Below, piece by piece: positions 27,283-39,600 of a stretch of 64,000 nucleotides of DNA. Position 1 is the first letter of the stretch. Every line of letters starts with the position of its first letter. The notes under the pieces were generated by a model. It was not told the origin of the DNA and did not search any database. It saw only the letters and a list, made by a program, of their open reading frames with translations. Position numbers and translations under genes: made by a program. This DNA comes from Paragordius varius (lineage: Eukaryota; Animalia; Nematomorpha), in NCBI GenBank assembly GCA_964247055.1, contig OZ176050.1, positions 7,688,001 to 7,752,000 on the forward strand, read 5' to 3'.

Positions 27283-30011
27283 CAGGGGTGCCACACTTTT
27301 TTTGTCGCGAGCTTTTTTTGGCTTTTTTGTTAAAAAAAGAATTCGCGGTCACCCAGAAATATTTATCAAAAAAACTCAATCAACACTTTAAATGATGTAT
27401 ATACCTGCTTTACAGATTAGAGTGACTTGTTTAAACCATTTTAAAATTGTAATTTTTTTATCTATCAACCAAATACAAAAATAATTTTAATTAAAAGACA
27501 ACGGGTTATTAACTACCTTAATTTTTTAACCAACATAAAACACTTCAAAATATTTATTTATTAAATTTCTATTATATGAAATTTTACAATATAAAAATTT
27601 AAACAATGCATTTGAAATTACAGGGGAGAATACATTATGATACAAAAAATAAAAGAAATAAAAAATAGCATTCCAATTTAAACCATAATTTGAACATAAA
27701 TAAGAGTACATTAAAATTGTATCAGTTTTAATTCTATCCACATATTTTTTAGTAAATCGGCTTTTTCCTAAGCGAAAATACAACTCGATAAACATCCATA
27801 TTTAATAAAGAAAAAAATATTTAAAACGCCCGACTGCGAAAAAATTCAGAAAGTTTATCTAAATTAGGTTCAAATGAAGTCAAAGCAATTCTCAAACATG
27901 ATTCTAAATGTTTATTAGTTAATTGTGACCTCTGTTTAGTTTTGATAGCATTCATAATTGAAAAAGCCGATTCACATAAATATGTGGATCCAAAAAAAGA
28001 ATTGAATAATGCAGCGGTTTTCCAAATATGGGGGTATTTATCTTTATTTATAAATTTATATATATCTGATCCTAATGATTTTAGATGGATATCGCATTTA
28101 ACATTTATTAATTCCTCTTCCAACTCTGCTAAATTTGGTACACCAAGAAAGTGGCTGAGTTTTTGAGCAATATATTCAACATTATTATTATTATTAAATG
28201 TGCATGATAAAAAAATAGCGATGTCTTCAAGTTTATTTATAGATGAAAATCGTTTTTCAAAATCATTAATAAGCAGACCAATATCATCTGCATATTTTTC
28301 AAAAGAGAGATTCTCTATTTTTTCAGACACCGCTGCCAGATTAAAAAAATGTTTTAAATCTCGGTTTTTTAATTGTGTTTCTACTACTGTTAGGGTTTCC
28401 TTTAAAGATTTTAAAGCACCCATCATATCCATTATTGTTTTATCTTTTCCTTGTAATTGGATGTTTAATTTATGCAATTTTTCCGTGATATCGCATAAAA
28501 ATGCAAGATCAAGCAGCCAATCTTGATCTTTCAATTCAGGGTATGAAAATTTAGAATTCTCTAAAAAAATTTCTATTTGTGGTAAAAGTTGCCTAAATCT
28601 AATTAAAAATGCGGCACGACCCAACCACCTTACATCAGTATGTAATAAAAGTTCTCCATATTCCACGCCGCACTCATTTAACAAAATTCGAAATTGGCAG
28701 CGGGACAAGCTTTTTGTTCGAATGGCGTTAACAATTTTAAAACAGGGGTTCATTACATGATGGTATTTTAAAACTTTTGAACATAAAACTTGATTATGGA
28801 TTATACAATGGTAATCAATGAACTTGGGAAATGCAGTGTGATTTTTACATAAAGCGATAAAGCCGTTGTTAACGCCAATCATAGCTGGAGCTCCATCAGT
28901 AGTTATAGATGCGAGTTTTACGATGGGAAGTTTCGTATCTGTGATAAATTTATAAAAAGAATCAAAAATATCCTGCCCTCTGGTTCGTTCGTGGAGAGGT
29001 ATTATAGTTAATAATTCCTCCTTTGCAGATAAATCACTAAATATCATACGAATAAAAATGCATAATTGGGCGATTCCAACATAATCGGTGGACTCATCGA
29101 GTTGCAAGGAAAAAAAATACAGTTATTAATATTTTCATGTAAAATTTCATCAAGATTATTACTAATATCTTCAGCTCTGCGCATAACGGTATTTCTCGAT
29201 AAGCTTATGCTTTTAATAGCTGTCATAATATTATTTTTGTTATCAAAATTTTCAAATAAAATATCACAAGCGCTAATAAAGGCTTCTTTAAATATTTCAC
29301 CATCTTGGAATGGCTTATTGTTCCGAATGAGTATTTCCGCTACCTTGAATGAAGCAATCGTAGCATTTTTATAGTCTTTGTTGTATTTAAGTATGCTATT
29401 TTGTGAGGCGGATAATTGTTCTTTTAATTCCTTTACTTTAATGTTGCGTTCTTGAGTTTGTAAGGGGTAGTTTTTGGAGTAATGTGGATGCAGAGATCTA
29501 TAATGTCTTTCAATATTTGACTTTTTGGGCAAAGCAACAGTACTATTGCATATTAGACAGGTGCATGTTTCATTTATCATAATAAAAAAGTATTCATGCT
29601 CCCAATCTTTCTTGTATCTGTACAACTTTTTTTGGCTCATTCTAAAATATAAGAACCTACTTTTGGTTTATCAAATCAAATCTAACTTCACGATTATGCT
29701 TCTGATTTATGAATAAGCTTTGCTCAAAGTTTTGATATATTCAAGGGAAATGACTGATTTTAAGTTTTAATGCAAATGTTCCAAAACATATGAATTATAA
29801 TTAATAAAATAATTTTTTACACCCTTTTCTTAGACGTTTTTTTTTAATTTAAACCGTATTTTTTTGTATTTTAAATTTAAATTCGCTCAGAAGTAGCCAA
29901 CTATCCGAAAAAAATCAATAAAATTTTTTTAAAAAAAATATTTTCAGGCGGTCACTTTTTGAGTTGTCGCGGTCACGAAAGTGACCGCGGTCACCTCGTT
30001 GGCCACCCCTG
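27283..30011 (-). mobile_element. Near-intact hAT transposon (Buster/SPIN, GTF2IRD2-like)
   Basis: TIRs CAGGGGTG-CCA / TGGCCACCCCTG. Perfect 8-bp TSD CCATATGT at 27275-27282 and 30012-30019. Repeated subterminal GCGGTCAC motifs at both ends. Confidence 0.95.
27821..29640 (-). CDS. hAT transposase (~606 aa) split into two overlapping ORFs by a single -1 shift at an A8 run (29110-29117)
   Basis: ORF 29640-29044 has a BED-like zinc finger (CLIC...ERHYRSLH). ORF 29107-27821 has QLDESTD, ITTDGAPAM, HCIIH, VRW and STYLCESAFS. Adding one T gives CIFFSLQLDESTD. Confidence 0.9.
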
Positions 30012-30631
30012 CCATATGTCATGTCTACATCTAATTTTGTTAATAAAATAGAACATGCGTTATTATCTAGGATTTTTTTAAAGATTAACGAATTAATGCT
30101 TTCAATGACTTTCAATTTAAATATTTACAAATTTTATACATGTTACATTTTTGAAAAACACTTTAATTGTTGAATCATATTAATCTAGTTAAATGTTGAG
30201 TGACTGGTTTTAGATCATAGGCGGATTCGATTTAATCCTCTCATATTAAAACTTGCATAATTAATGTACTTCTCGGTACTCTTTATAGTATGGGAAAAAA
30301 CGCAACTTTGCGTGAAGCTATAATCTACTTCATCAAAAACTATTTTCATGTCAGTAAACAAAAAATTACTTTGTTGATTCATTAATTTTATAAATGTCAC
30401 AAAAACCACATCCGGGTTATGTTCCAAAATTTAAAATGGAATCAGCGTGTATCCCTAATTTATGGAGCCGGAACCTTTATTAATTCTTGATATAAATAAT
30501 TTTTATAGTACAATTTTATGTAATATGGTTATATACTTTCATTTTTATTGAATCAGTAAAATAATATTACTATGAACCAAGAAAAATACATCAAAAGATA
30601 TATATTAGCCAAATATCTGAAATATATAGAG

Positions 30632-31867
30632 CATGGGTCGGCAACCTTTTTTGGAGGTGAGCCGTTTCAAAATAGAATTTAGGCGAGCCCTACGCTTGAA
30701 AATATAATTAAATAGTACTCTATTTAAAATAGTATATTAATATAATGGAAAAAATTATTCTTAACATTACATGCATGCTACATAATATTATTAAGTAATT
30801 TTGCGCTCCTATTTTTAATTAAAAACCTAAAAATATGGGTTATCATTTTCTTCATGACTATAATAGTTTGTTCATTTTGTTCATTTATTAAAATTTCAAT
30901 GTGCTTTTTGTTCTTGAATATTTGATGTTTTAAATCTGGTTGTGTTTATACCAGGGGTGTCCAACACGAATGGCTTGAATAGCCACATTTTCGACCTCAA
31001 AAATCCGAAGAGCCACATTTAAATTAATATATATCAAGACTTACGTATCAAATAAATTTATACAAATACTATAAATGCGTTAATTTTCATAAAAATAACA
31101 AAATACTAGTAAAATATTAAAATATTGCTAAATTTGTTGTTAAATTGTACTAATATTTTAAAATTTGATGACACGCATGAACAAATGAACTTATTTTTTT
31201 TAATGTTTCTCCCATTATAAAAATTGAATATCAAATGAGGAGAAATTGATGAATTTTTAAAAGACAACTTAAACTTACCCCCACAATTCCTGCTGATCTG
31301 TGTTTAGCATGCAGTTTTTAAATATATTTTGAATATATTAAAAATATAGGTCTGGGCTACCGAGAAATCTTTTATAATTGAATTAAAATAAAATCCTTCG
31401 TAATAATAAAGATCAATATTAACAGAAGCGCTGCTTGTTTCACCTAGATTTGAACAGATTCCTTAGAAATATTAAATAGCCGCTCAAAAATTAAACTATT
31501 TGCAAAAACACCCCTTGTTTATACTGATACTCTCAACATGTTTTGCAAATGTTAATCCATCCTCGTTCTTTGTTTTGATTTAAAATTCATTATTAAAATT
31601 TATTTGCATAAATAGGTTCTTGAAAAAATGTAAATCATTGATTTCGAAAAATTTTTTAGATTGGTAATTTATTGTCTGGTATAATTGAATAAAATGCAAT
31701 AAATTATTTTCATCAAAATCATGTTTATATACATTTTTAGATTAATCAAACTCTAGTTGTAAATTTTCTGGTGCTTTTACAATATCAAATTTGAATTTAA
31801 TTTGATTTTTTCATTTTCTAAATGCTTTGGTGAGCTAAGTTTGGCTCGAGCCCTATACCGACCCCTG
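30632..31867. mobile_element. Decayed hAT-type element with a nested hAT end
   Basis: Left CATGGGTCGGCAA and right CCGACCCCTG. A second terminus CAGGGGTGTCCAAC sits at 30952. Flanks match only 5/8, so the TSD is not confirmed. Confidence 0.5.
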
Positions 31868-31939
31868 ATACAAAATATAGAAGTATATTTATCATTGTCA
31901 TTTTTAACAGATATTATTTAATTTCTAAAATATTATTGT

Positions 31940-33011
31940 TCCAGCAATTTCAAACTACTTTTCAAATAAAAATAAAATTAAAAAGCTTCCTTCGACAGAA
32001 TAATCATCTATATATTTATAAAAATGGAAAATGCTGGCTTTGTGATCTGTTTCCGGAAAACCGGTAGACCCATTCAAATCCAAATGTCGAAAAAATATAA
32101 TCATTAATGAATGCCCCGACAATAGCTTCGCCCTTTTTGAATTAGGTCGCCAGTTCGGGCCCATCCCTTGTAAAAACGGTTTTTTTTCGAAAAGTCCACA
32201 AAAATCGTGTTTTTGATACAATTTTTTGGAAAACGTGTTGGACCATTCAATTTCAAATATGATTTTCGTTTAGTTATTTTCGATTGCGCCGAACATAGTC
32301 GTCTCGCTTTTTTAATTTAGGCCCTCTTTTTACCCGCTCCCCCCGTAAAATGCCATTTTTTTAAAAAAAGTCCACAAAAATAATTTTTTGAATCTATTTT
32401 TCGCCAAAGGTATGAGACCGTAAAAATTTAATAAGGATTCCACGTATTCCCTGTTAAAAGGCAAAAATTTTAGTCAAGCGTTTCTTTGATGATAGCTGCT
32501 GGGTAAGGAGCTACCCGCGAAAATCTGACCCGTCAGATCAAATTTGCGTGCTTTTAGGGCTAAATTTCAGAAAAACTTATTAGGCCATATGAGTTCAATA
32601 GCTGCTTAAAATATTACCCGTAAAAATTCAAAAATATTAGTTGAGCGGATTTTTTAAATTAGCCGTTAAGTAGGCCCTTTATTACCCTAAAAATGCGCTA
32701 TCATTGAACTATTATGTAGTTTTGAAGCCATTCTTGCATAAACTATTAGGAATGAACGATGATTCCAGGTATAAAGGCAATTTTATCTAACTATTTTTAT
32801 ATTGGCCTCTGGGTAGGGGGCTACCCGCCTACAACTGCGCCATCATATCGATACAGCATGCCTTGGAGCCAAATTTCAGAAAACTTATCAGACTATGTGA
32901 ATCATTTTAAAACTTGGTGCCGCATAATAAAATTGCTTATAAATCAAATATGCCCCCCCAGGAGTCCGAAGGACTTCCTCGGGCTGCGTAGCAGCACGAG
33001 ATTTACGCTAG
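31940..33011 (+). mobile_element. Non-autonomous Helitron (short copy)
   Basis: 5' ~300 bp matches the reverse complement of 60800-61106. The 3' end has hairpins GTCC-GAA-GGAC and GCTGC-GTA-GCAGC followed by CTAG|T at 33008-33012. About two internal ~320-bp repeat units. Confidence 0.75.
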
Positions 33012-33064
33012 TTTATATATATAAAATAAAAACCTTTATTTCCATTATAATGTTTGCCTATTTA

Positions 33065-33370
33065 AATAGCAGATGAGGTCATAATTTTTTACGGATTTTT
33101 CGATAAAAATTTTTAATATTTTAAGAAATCCATATTTTATTCGAAATATGGTATCGGTATCTACACATTTCGCCCATCATTCCAGTATTATATGAATGCT
33201 ATGCCAGATTGCCCTTTACGGTAAACCATTCGTCAAGCCATTTTCCAATTTAGGAAATGCTGCTCCGTAAGCTTTTTATTGAGTCGAAGAGGTAATAGTC
33301 AGATGGCGCCACGGCGAATGAGCAATAATTTTAGATTAAAGCGATTACAGTGTCCCCATAACCTAATGAA
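33065..33370 (-). mobile_element. Mariner (Tc1/mariner) transposase C-terminal remnant
   Basis: Minus-strand fragments APSDYYLFDSI, KWLDEWF and WAKCVD match the mariner YSPDLAPSDYxLF...KWLDEWF...RWEKCV region. Contains stops and frameshifts. Confidence 0.75.
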
Positions 33371-33589
33371 ATATATATATTCTGATAGAAAAATGTATCA
33401 GGATTATAATGATGCTTTTGGTATTGGCCTGTATGAGTGGTTTCAGAAAGTTTTTTAGACTTTGTGGTAAGTGCTCATATCAGAAAATGGCAATTGGGCA
33501 CATTTTTTTAAATAAATTTTTTTAGGTGAAAGCTAGAGGTTTCATTTCAAAAAACTCAAATATGTCATAAACTACAAATAAAATCAAAA

Positions 33590-34190
33590 CAAAATTTTTA
33601 AAAAATTTCCAATTTTTAGATGTGGCCTTCGACAATCCCAAATTTTTTCGCTATTCTAAAATGGTCTAATTTTCTTAAAACGATAAAATGCCGAGATTGA
33701 GCGATATAATTTTGAGTATATGCTGAATTTTGGTATCAAACAAAAATATTTTATAAAAAATGCAAATTTTCAAAAATCTAATTTGAAAAATCTTGTGTCA
33801 TACTTCTATTTTGAGGCACCCTAAAACCAGTTTAAAATCTTTTAAGATATTATAAAAACACTTTTTACATAAGGCTCAACATTTATATAACTTTAGAATT
33901 TTAATTAAAGGTTCGTTTGCTATATTGGTTTTATACCGTTTCCATTCCTCAAAATAGTATGAATGCTCTCCAACAAAATTTTGCTAAAATTAGATTTCAA
34001 AAAAAAGTATGCATTTTTTGAAAATATTTTTAGTTGATTATAAAATTTCGCATATATTTAAATTTTTATTACGGAATCTCGGAATTTTAGCGTATATTTT
34101 AAGAAAACTATCCCCTTTTAGAAGAGCGAAAATTACTTTTAAAGCCACATCTAAAAATTAAAATCTTTAAAAAATATTGTTTTGCTTTTT
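33590..34190. repeat. Diverged inverted repeat / MITE-like element
   Basis: TTTTTAGATGTGGC (~33613) vs GCCACATCTAAAAA (~34143), with further matched inverted blocks (CTATTTTGAGG/CCTCAAAATAG). Related sequence at ~23470-24290. Confidence 0.55.
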
Positions 34191-34218
34191 CTATGTAGTT
34201 TATGATTATTATATACAC

Positions 34219-35660
34219 CAGGGGTACTCAAACCGCGGACCGGCTTTAAAATTGTCCTATGACCATATTGATACTTAAATTATTTTTTTATTGATGAATT
34301 TTTAAAAAACACATAAACAAATTTTCGCTTATTTATATTTATTTATTTTCTTTAGATTTAATTATGATAATTTTTATTATACCCAATTTGAAATGTAGAA
34401 ACATTTCCCTACATTAAAATGATTAATTTTGGCGCATATTGTTTCTGTTTCTCTGTTCTATTTTCTTTTGTATTTTGAAATTATTGCATTCCTTTTTTAT
34501 ATTTAAGGAAGCCTTTTACCCAAACTTGCATATAAATATTCTTTTTACCACCCTGCATCATTTTTTATAACTCATTCCCATAAAATATTTTTCAAATCAA
34601 CATCATTAAATGTCGACCTGTTTTTTTATAGCATAATTTGAATTATATTCCTATTTTTTTGAAAAATTTATATAATATTTAAACATAAACTCAAAGGATG
34701 ACATCTAATGCTAAAAAACGTAAATTATCCGATTCGCTCTTTTAAATGAGAATGGGGAAAAAAAATCTTTGTCGTTTTAAATATGTTAACTGCCTTATAT
34801 GTAAGGACAACATGATTATAAAAAAATACAATATTGAAAAACATCTCAATGTAGGCTCTTCATGAGATTTTGCAACGACAACATAATCAACGAAGAATAT
34901 TTAAATTTTTTACCAATGAATAACACCACAAAAGCAAGTGATTTTCTCGAAATAATTAGTCCTTTTTTTGATAATATTGGTATATCCATGAAAAAATTGG
35001 TTTCGATCTGACAAGATGGCTGTCCCTCTATGATTGGAATAAACAAAAGATTTATTCCTCTTTTGAAAAACAAATATAATATGCAAAATATTTATCCTTT
35101 CACTGCTTTATACATCAGCAAAACTTGGTTTTGCATGTAATATGAATCACCTAATTAAGTAATTAAAACGGTTGTGATTATAGTTAACCACATCCGTGGC
35201 AGAGGATTCAAACGTTGTAAATTTAAAAACCTTTTGAAATATATCCACAGTGAGTGTGAAGATATTTTTTTGTACACCGCTGTGAGATGGCTAAGCTTTA
35301 GCAAAGTAATAAAAAGATTTTTTATTTTAAGACATGAAATTCTATTATTTATAGAAGATAACAAGTTTAACAAGGAAATTTATAGTGACAAATGGTGGGT
35401 TTTATAAGCCTAACTTAGTATTTTAATACAAGTCTTCAAGGGAGTAAAATAATAACCCAATTTTCTATTCAAATTGCTTTTGAAGAAAGATTATATGTAA
35501 ACAAGATATCATAAATAAAAACTCCTATATTTTGCAAGATTTAAAACGATTCCTGAACAAAATATGGAATTTACCCGGGAGATTAATTTAAAAATAGAGA
35601 ATCATTTAACATTTTTACCAAATGAGATGAAATTCACATTTCAAGAATGGGCTTATATAG
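34219..35660 (+). mobile_element. Truncated, internally deleted copy of the hAT family at 18333
   Basis: Starts CAGGGGTACTCAAACCGCGG. The left ~600 bp align with 18333-18960, including ATGACATCTAATGCTAAAAAACG. It then jumps to the catalytic region. No right TIR seen. Confidence 0.85.
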
Positions 35661-36644
35661 AGTCTTGATATCAACGATATTGAAGTATTAAATATCTAAA
35701 ACAAAAGCCCAAAATCGGTGAGCGAAAGCTTTTTATCTTAAACTAAAATTTTCTAGCAAAATAAATGTGCTATATTGTAATCAGAACTACTTGGAACCAA
35801 AAATATTTTGCAGACCCGTTTTTGTGAACGAAATGGCGGTTGCTTATTTTTTTTACCAATTGTTTTTTTTATACGATATCCTAATATCAAAAATTGATAA
35901 GATAATTTTATATGAAAAATACATTTTGGGATGTTTGTCCCATGGCAGAATTTTATGATAAAACCAAATAAATAATATGTAAAATGATCCTGCTAAAGAT
36001 AGAAAACTACACATAAATGTAATAAGTAATATTTCTTTTTCTATATATGCACCGTGATGTAATGTAATTCATAGAAATTTATGCGACTCTTACTTATTCC
36101 ACATCAAGAATTCTGTAAATTAATGGACCTGATGACTATTTGAGCAAAAACCCGACAAAATTTATTTTGTATAATACACTGGATTATACCTAGAAATAAA
36201 ATATTTTGACAATTAATTTTTTAATTTAGAACCAAAACCATTTACTCCCTAATTAATTTTTGCAATTATAACTAGTCAAAATTTAAATCAGACAAATACA
36301 GCATGATTCCGGTACCAATATATTTAATTTGTATAGCATCAATATAAAATGACCGCCATGTAATTAAAAAGATCTCTTAAAACTTTGACGCTTTCTTTAA
36401 ACATAAAAAAAACTCACGCTAATGCTGTTACAATACGATATTATGCTTAAAAATTAAGATATTATATCTCGCCTTATATATAACTGAGCAAATTTTAAAA
36501 ACACTTTAATTAAACCATGTATGGGATCATTATCATTTATTCAGCTAAATTATTGAAAGACAAATTATAATTTTCACCAAGGAATTTTATATAATCATCT
36601 GTTGACATTATAATATGGTTTCCATATGGTAAATTTCTACATGA

Positions 36645-39600
36645 ATGTCGAAGCACCAAGGTATATTTTTGCCTTATTTAAAGGGGTAAGTTGTGATAAC
36701 TGTCAAAAAAATAATTTTTTTGGACGAAGATATAAATGCCTAATATGCAGCAATTATGACTTATGTTCCGAATGTTATGATGGGCAAGCTAGTCGACCAC
36801 GAATTGGTTTGGAAATTTATTAATTATGAAAATAATATATTTAATTTTAATTTGCAGAAGCCCCAAAGTTAAGCCCTGTTTTTTATTCCGAAACTCATGA
36901 TACAAATCATCCTATGCTTTGTATACTGACACCAAATGATTACGGTATTAAACCTCATTTATCAATTTCATACAATATAATACATTTAGATGTTTGTTTT
37001 GGTGGAGAAGCATCTAGGCAGGCAATATCTTATGTTTGTCCATATTGTGGATTGATAGGTTTGACAGAAAGGGAATTAATAAATCATGTTCAAACATCTG
37101 GATCTGATCATGAAAATAAACGCATTGTAAATATCTCATTTCAATTTTCGCCTATTCCATTTTATAACTGTTAATAATTTTATTTTTATAGATATGCCCT
37201 ATATGTGCCGGAAGTTCAAATCGCAATCCTAATAATATAGTAAACGATTTGATTGCCCATTACAATGCGGAACATAACAGTATTTATTATCCTATAAATT
37301 GATTAAACTTTAAACACATTTCAAAAAAAATTCGTTTTATTTTCCACAAACACCATTTTTTTACTTTATTTGAAAAAATATGTACTGGGTTATGTATCCT
37401 CGAGCTTTAGACTCGTAATTAATTATTAATATAAAAGTCGCACTTCCTTAAATTTGATTATCAAATATATATTAAAAATTAATAGCTTTTTTTTACAGTT
37501 TATAAGTTTTAGAATCTAAAATATAGATAGCATTCAAATCAAAATAAACCGCTAATTTTAAGTTATTAGCGACATAATTAAATTTCCAAATATAAATTTG
37601 GCGGTAAAAATTTGAGATTAGGATTAATAAAATTTGTATTTTTTTAATATTTTGAATAAATGCACATGTTTTAATTTGGCCCGATTTTCTAGACGGTTTT
37701 AGAGCTGGATAAACCAGTAAGCATTAATTATTTGATAAAATTAATAATTGAAATGTGTCATATGTGAATTATCAAAAATGTCGTTTTACTAATTATTATT
37801 GTTTTGGAAAAAATAGGTTTATATTTTATCACTTATCATTTTTATTATATATTCCAGTATATTATATTAGTTTTTCCATAAAATGTATTTTTTCTATATG
37901 GTAGATAAAATAATTAAACAAACAAATAAATACATAATTTATTTAAATATTTTATTTTCCTAATTAATATTTATTTCACCTATTCCAAAAAACGTTTAAA
38001 TTTAAAATGGCCAAATATTCAGAATTCAAAATCGATGCTAAATTTCTTATCTCAAAATTACCCATATTAATTTTAAATTTAGTTGGTACTAACACCTCAT
38101 TACTCTTTGGGGTTTTGAACCCAAATTAATTTTAAACTTGATTATTTTAAAAAGTATTTAAATATTGGGCCTTTAAAATATGCATTCTTTAACCTTTTAG
38201 GCTCGTGATTTAAAAAATATTTTTTAGAAACTGTAAATTTGTGAAAAATCCTCATCTCAAACTTTACCGCCACTTTTTCTTTGGAAATTCTGTTGATCGC
38301 CAGTAGATCAAGGAAATAAATATATTTGTGATGTGGAAATAATTAAATATACAAAGCTTTCTAATTGATTTTTAGCATCAAATTTTTCATTGATTTTAAA
38401 ATCAGTTTTTCGTTTCAATCGGATTATTTGGTACATATATCAAGTATAGGAGTTAAAAAAACTGGAAATAATATCTGTAGTTTCGCCACTGGTGTGAACC
38501 AATATTCAAGAGAATAATGTTTAATTAGTAATTTTTAAAATAACTTTTAAAATACTAGTTTGTTTACATGTTGAAGCACTGGCATACAAAACCACTCTAA
38601 ATTCTTACATAAAAATAAGGTAAGGAAGTGTCAAATATTGTTTTGACCCTGTATATAATTAATTTCTAGCTATAAAAAACATCTAAACCTTTATTCAGAC
38701 TTGAGTTCTTATATTCGGATTTTCAAGGCTGTTATATCAAAATGCCAAAATTTTATTTACGATTTTATCGAATCGAAATCGTCATAATATTGATTTTTCC
38801 GACATTAGTCCTTATTTAATGTTTTTTTTCAGGCGAATCGACTAAGAACACAATGGATAAAATTAATTGTTTCAACCGTTATATACAGTACCGTATGGTG
38901 TAAAATTACAAATCGTTCAAACATTTTTATTAACATCAACAAAATTATACAATAGATGTTACTACTTACCCGATTCACATGCCGTTAGAGTGTTATAAAA
39001 CGTTGTACTATTTGGTGTTTATAATTATATCTTATATCGATTTATTTTATAATATACATATTTTAAATTTTTTTAACTTATCTTATAATAATAGTTTGTC
39101 CTGGGACTTCCATTCCCTACACACGACCTTATCGCCCCTTACCTGCAGCGATAGTTTCGACAATTTCTTCTAACGCAACAAATTCAGATGTTCGAATGCT
39201 AACAACAAATCATCAAACTGGTTTTGGACCATCATTGACTCAATCAGATATCAGGAGGTGTATAATGAATAATAGGACTGCCACATCCCACACAATAGCG
39301 AATTCATGTATTAATCAGCAAATTAAAATATCTTTTACAAGTTTTTAGGGTTGGACATTAACTGGTTATTATTGCATAACAGGACTGTAATCATTTGACA
39401 GCATATAAAATCGATTAATTTCAAATTTTTGATCATTTTTTGGTTATAAACACTAATAAAAACATCAATTTTATGGTAATTTTAATTTTTTAGTTAGATT
39501 GGTGGTTTTAATTGGCTGGTTATGACCGCAAATGCCTGCATTCATCAGTCTGACCGGCAATTATATTTTTGACCGGTTAAAAACTCAATCTATGCCAAAT

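Noticed and set aside
27942-29716. Plus-strand ORFs overlapping the transposase
   Set aside because: Antisense shadows of the hAT transposase with no recognisable motifs.
37693-37716. Possible micro-exon (xLDKP|gtaagc) resembling the DLDE motif of KCMF1
   Set aside because: It would break the phase chain to exon 38833 and lies within a MITE-like inverted repeat.
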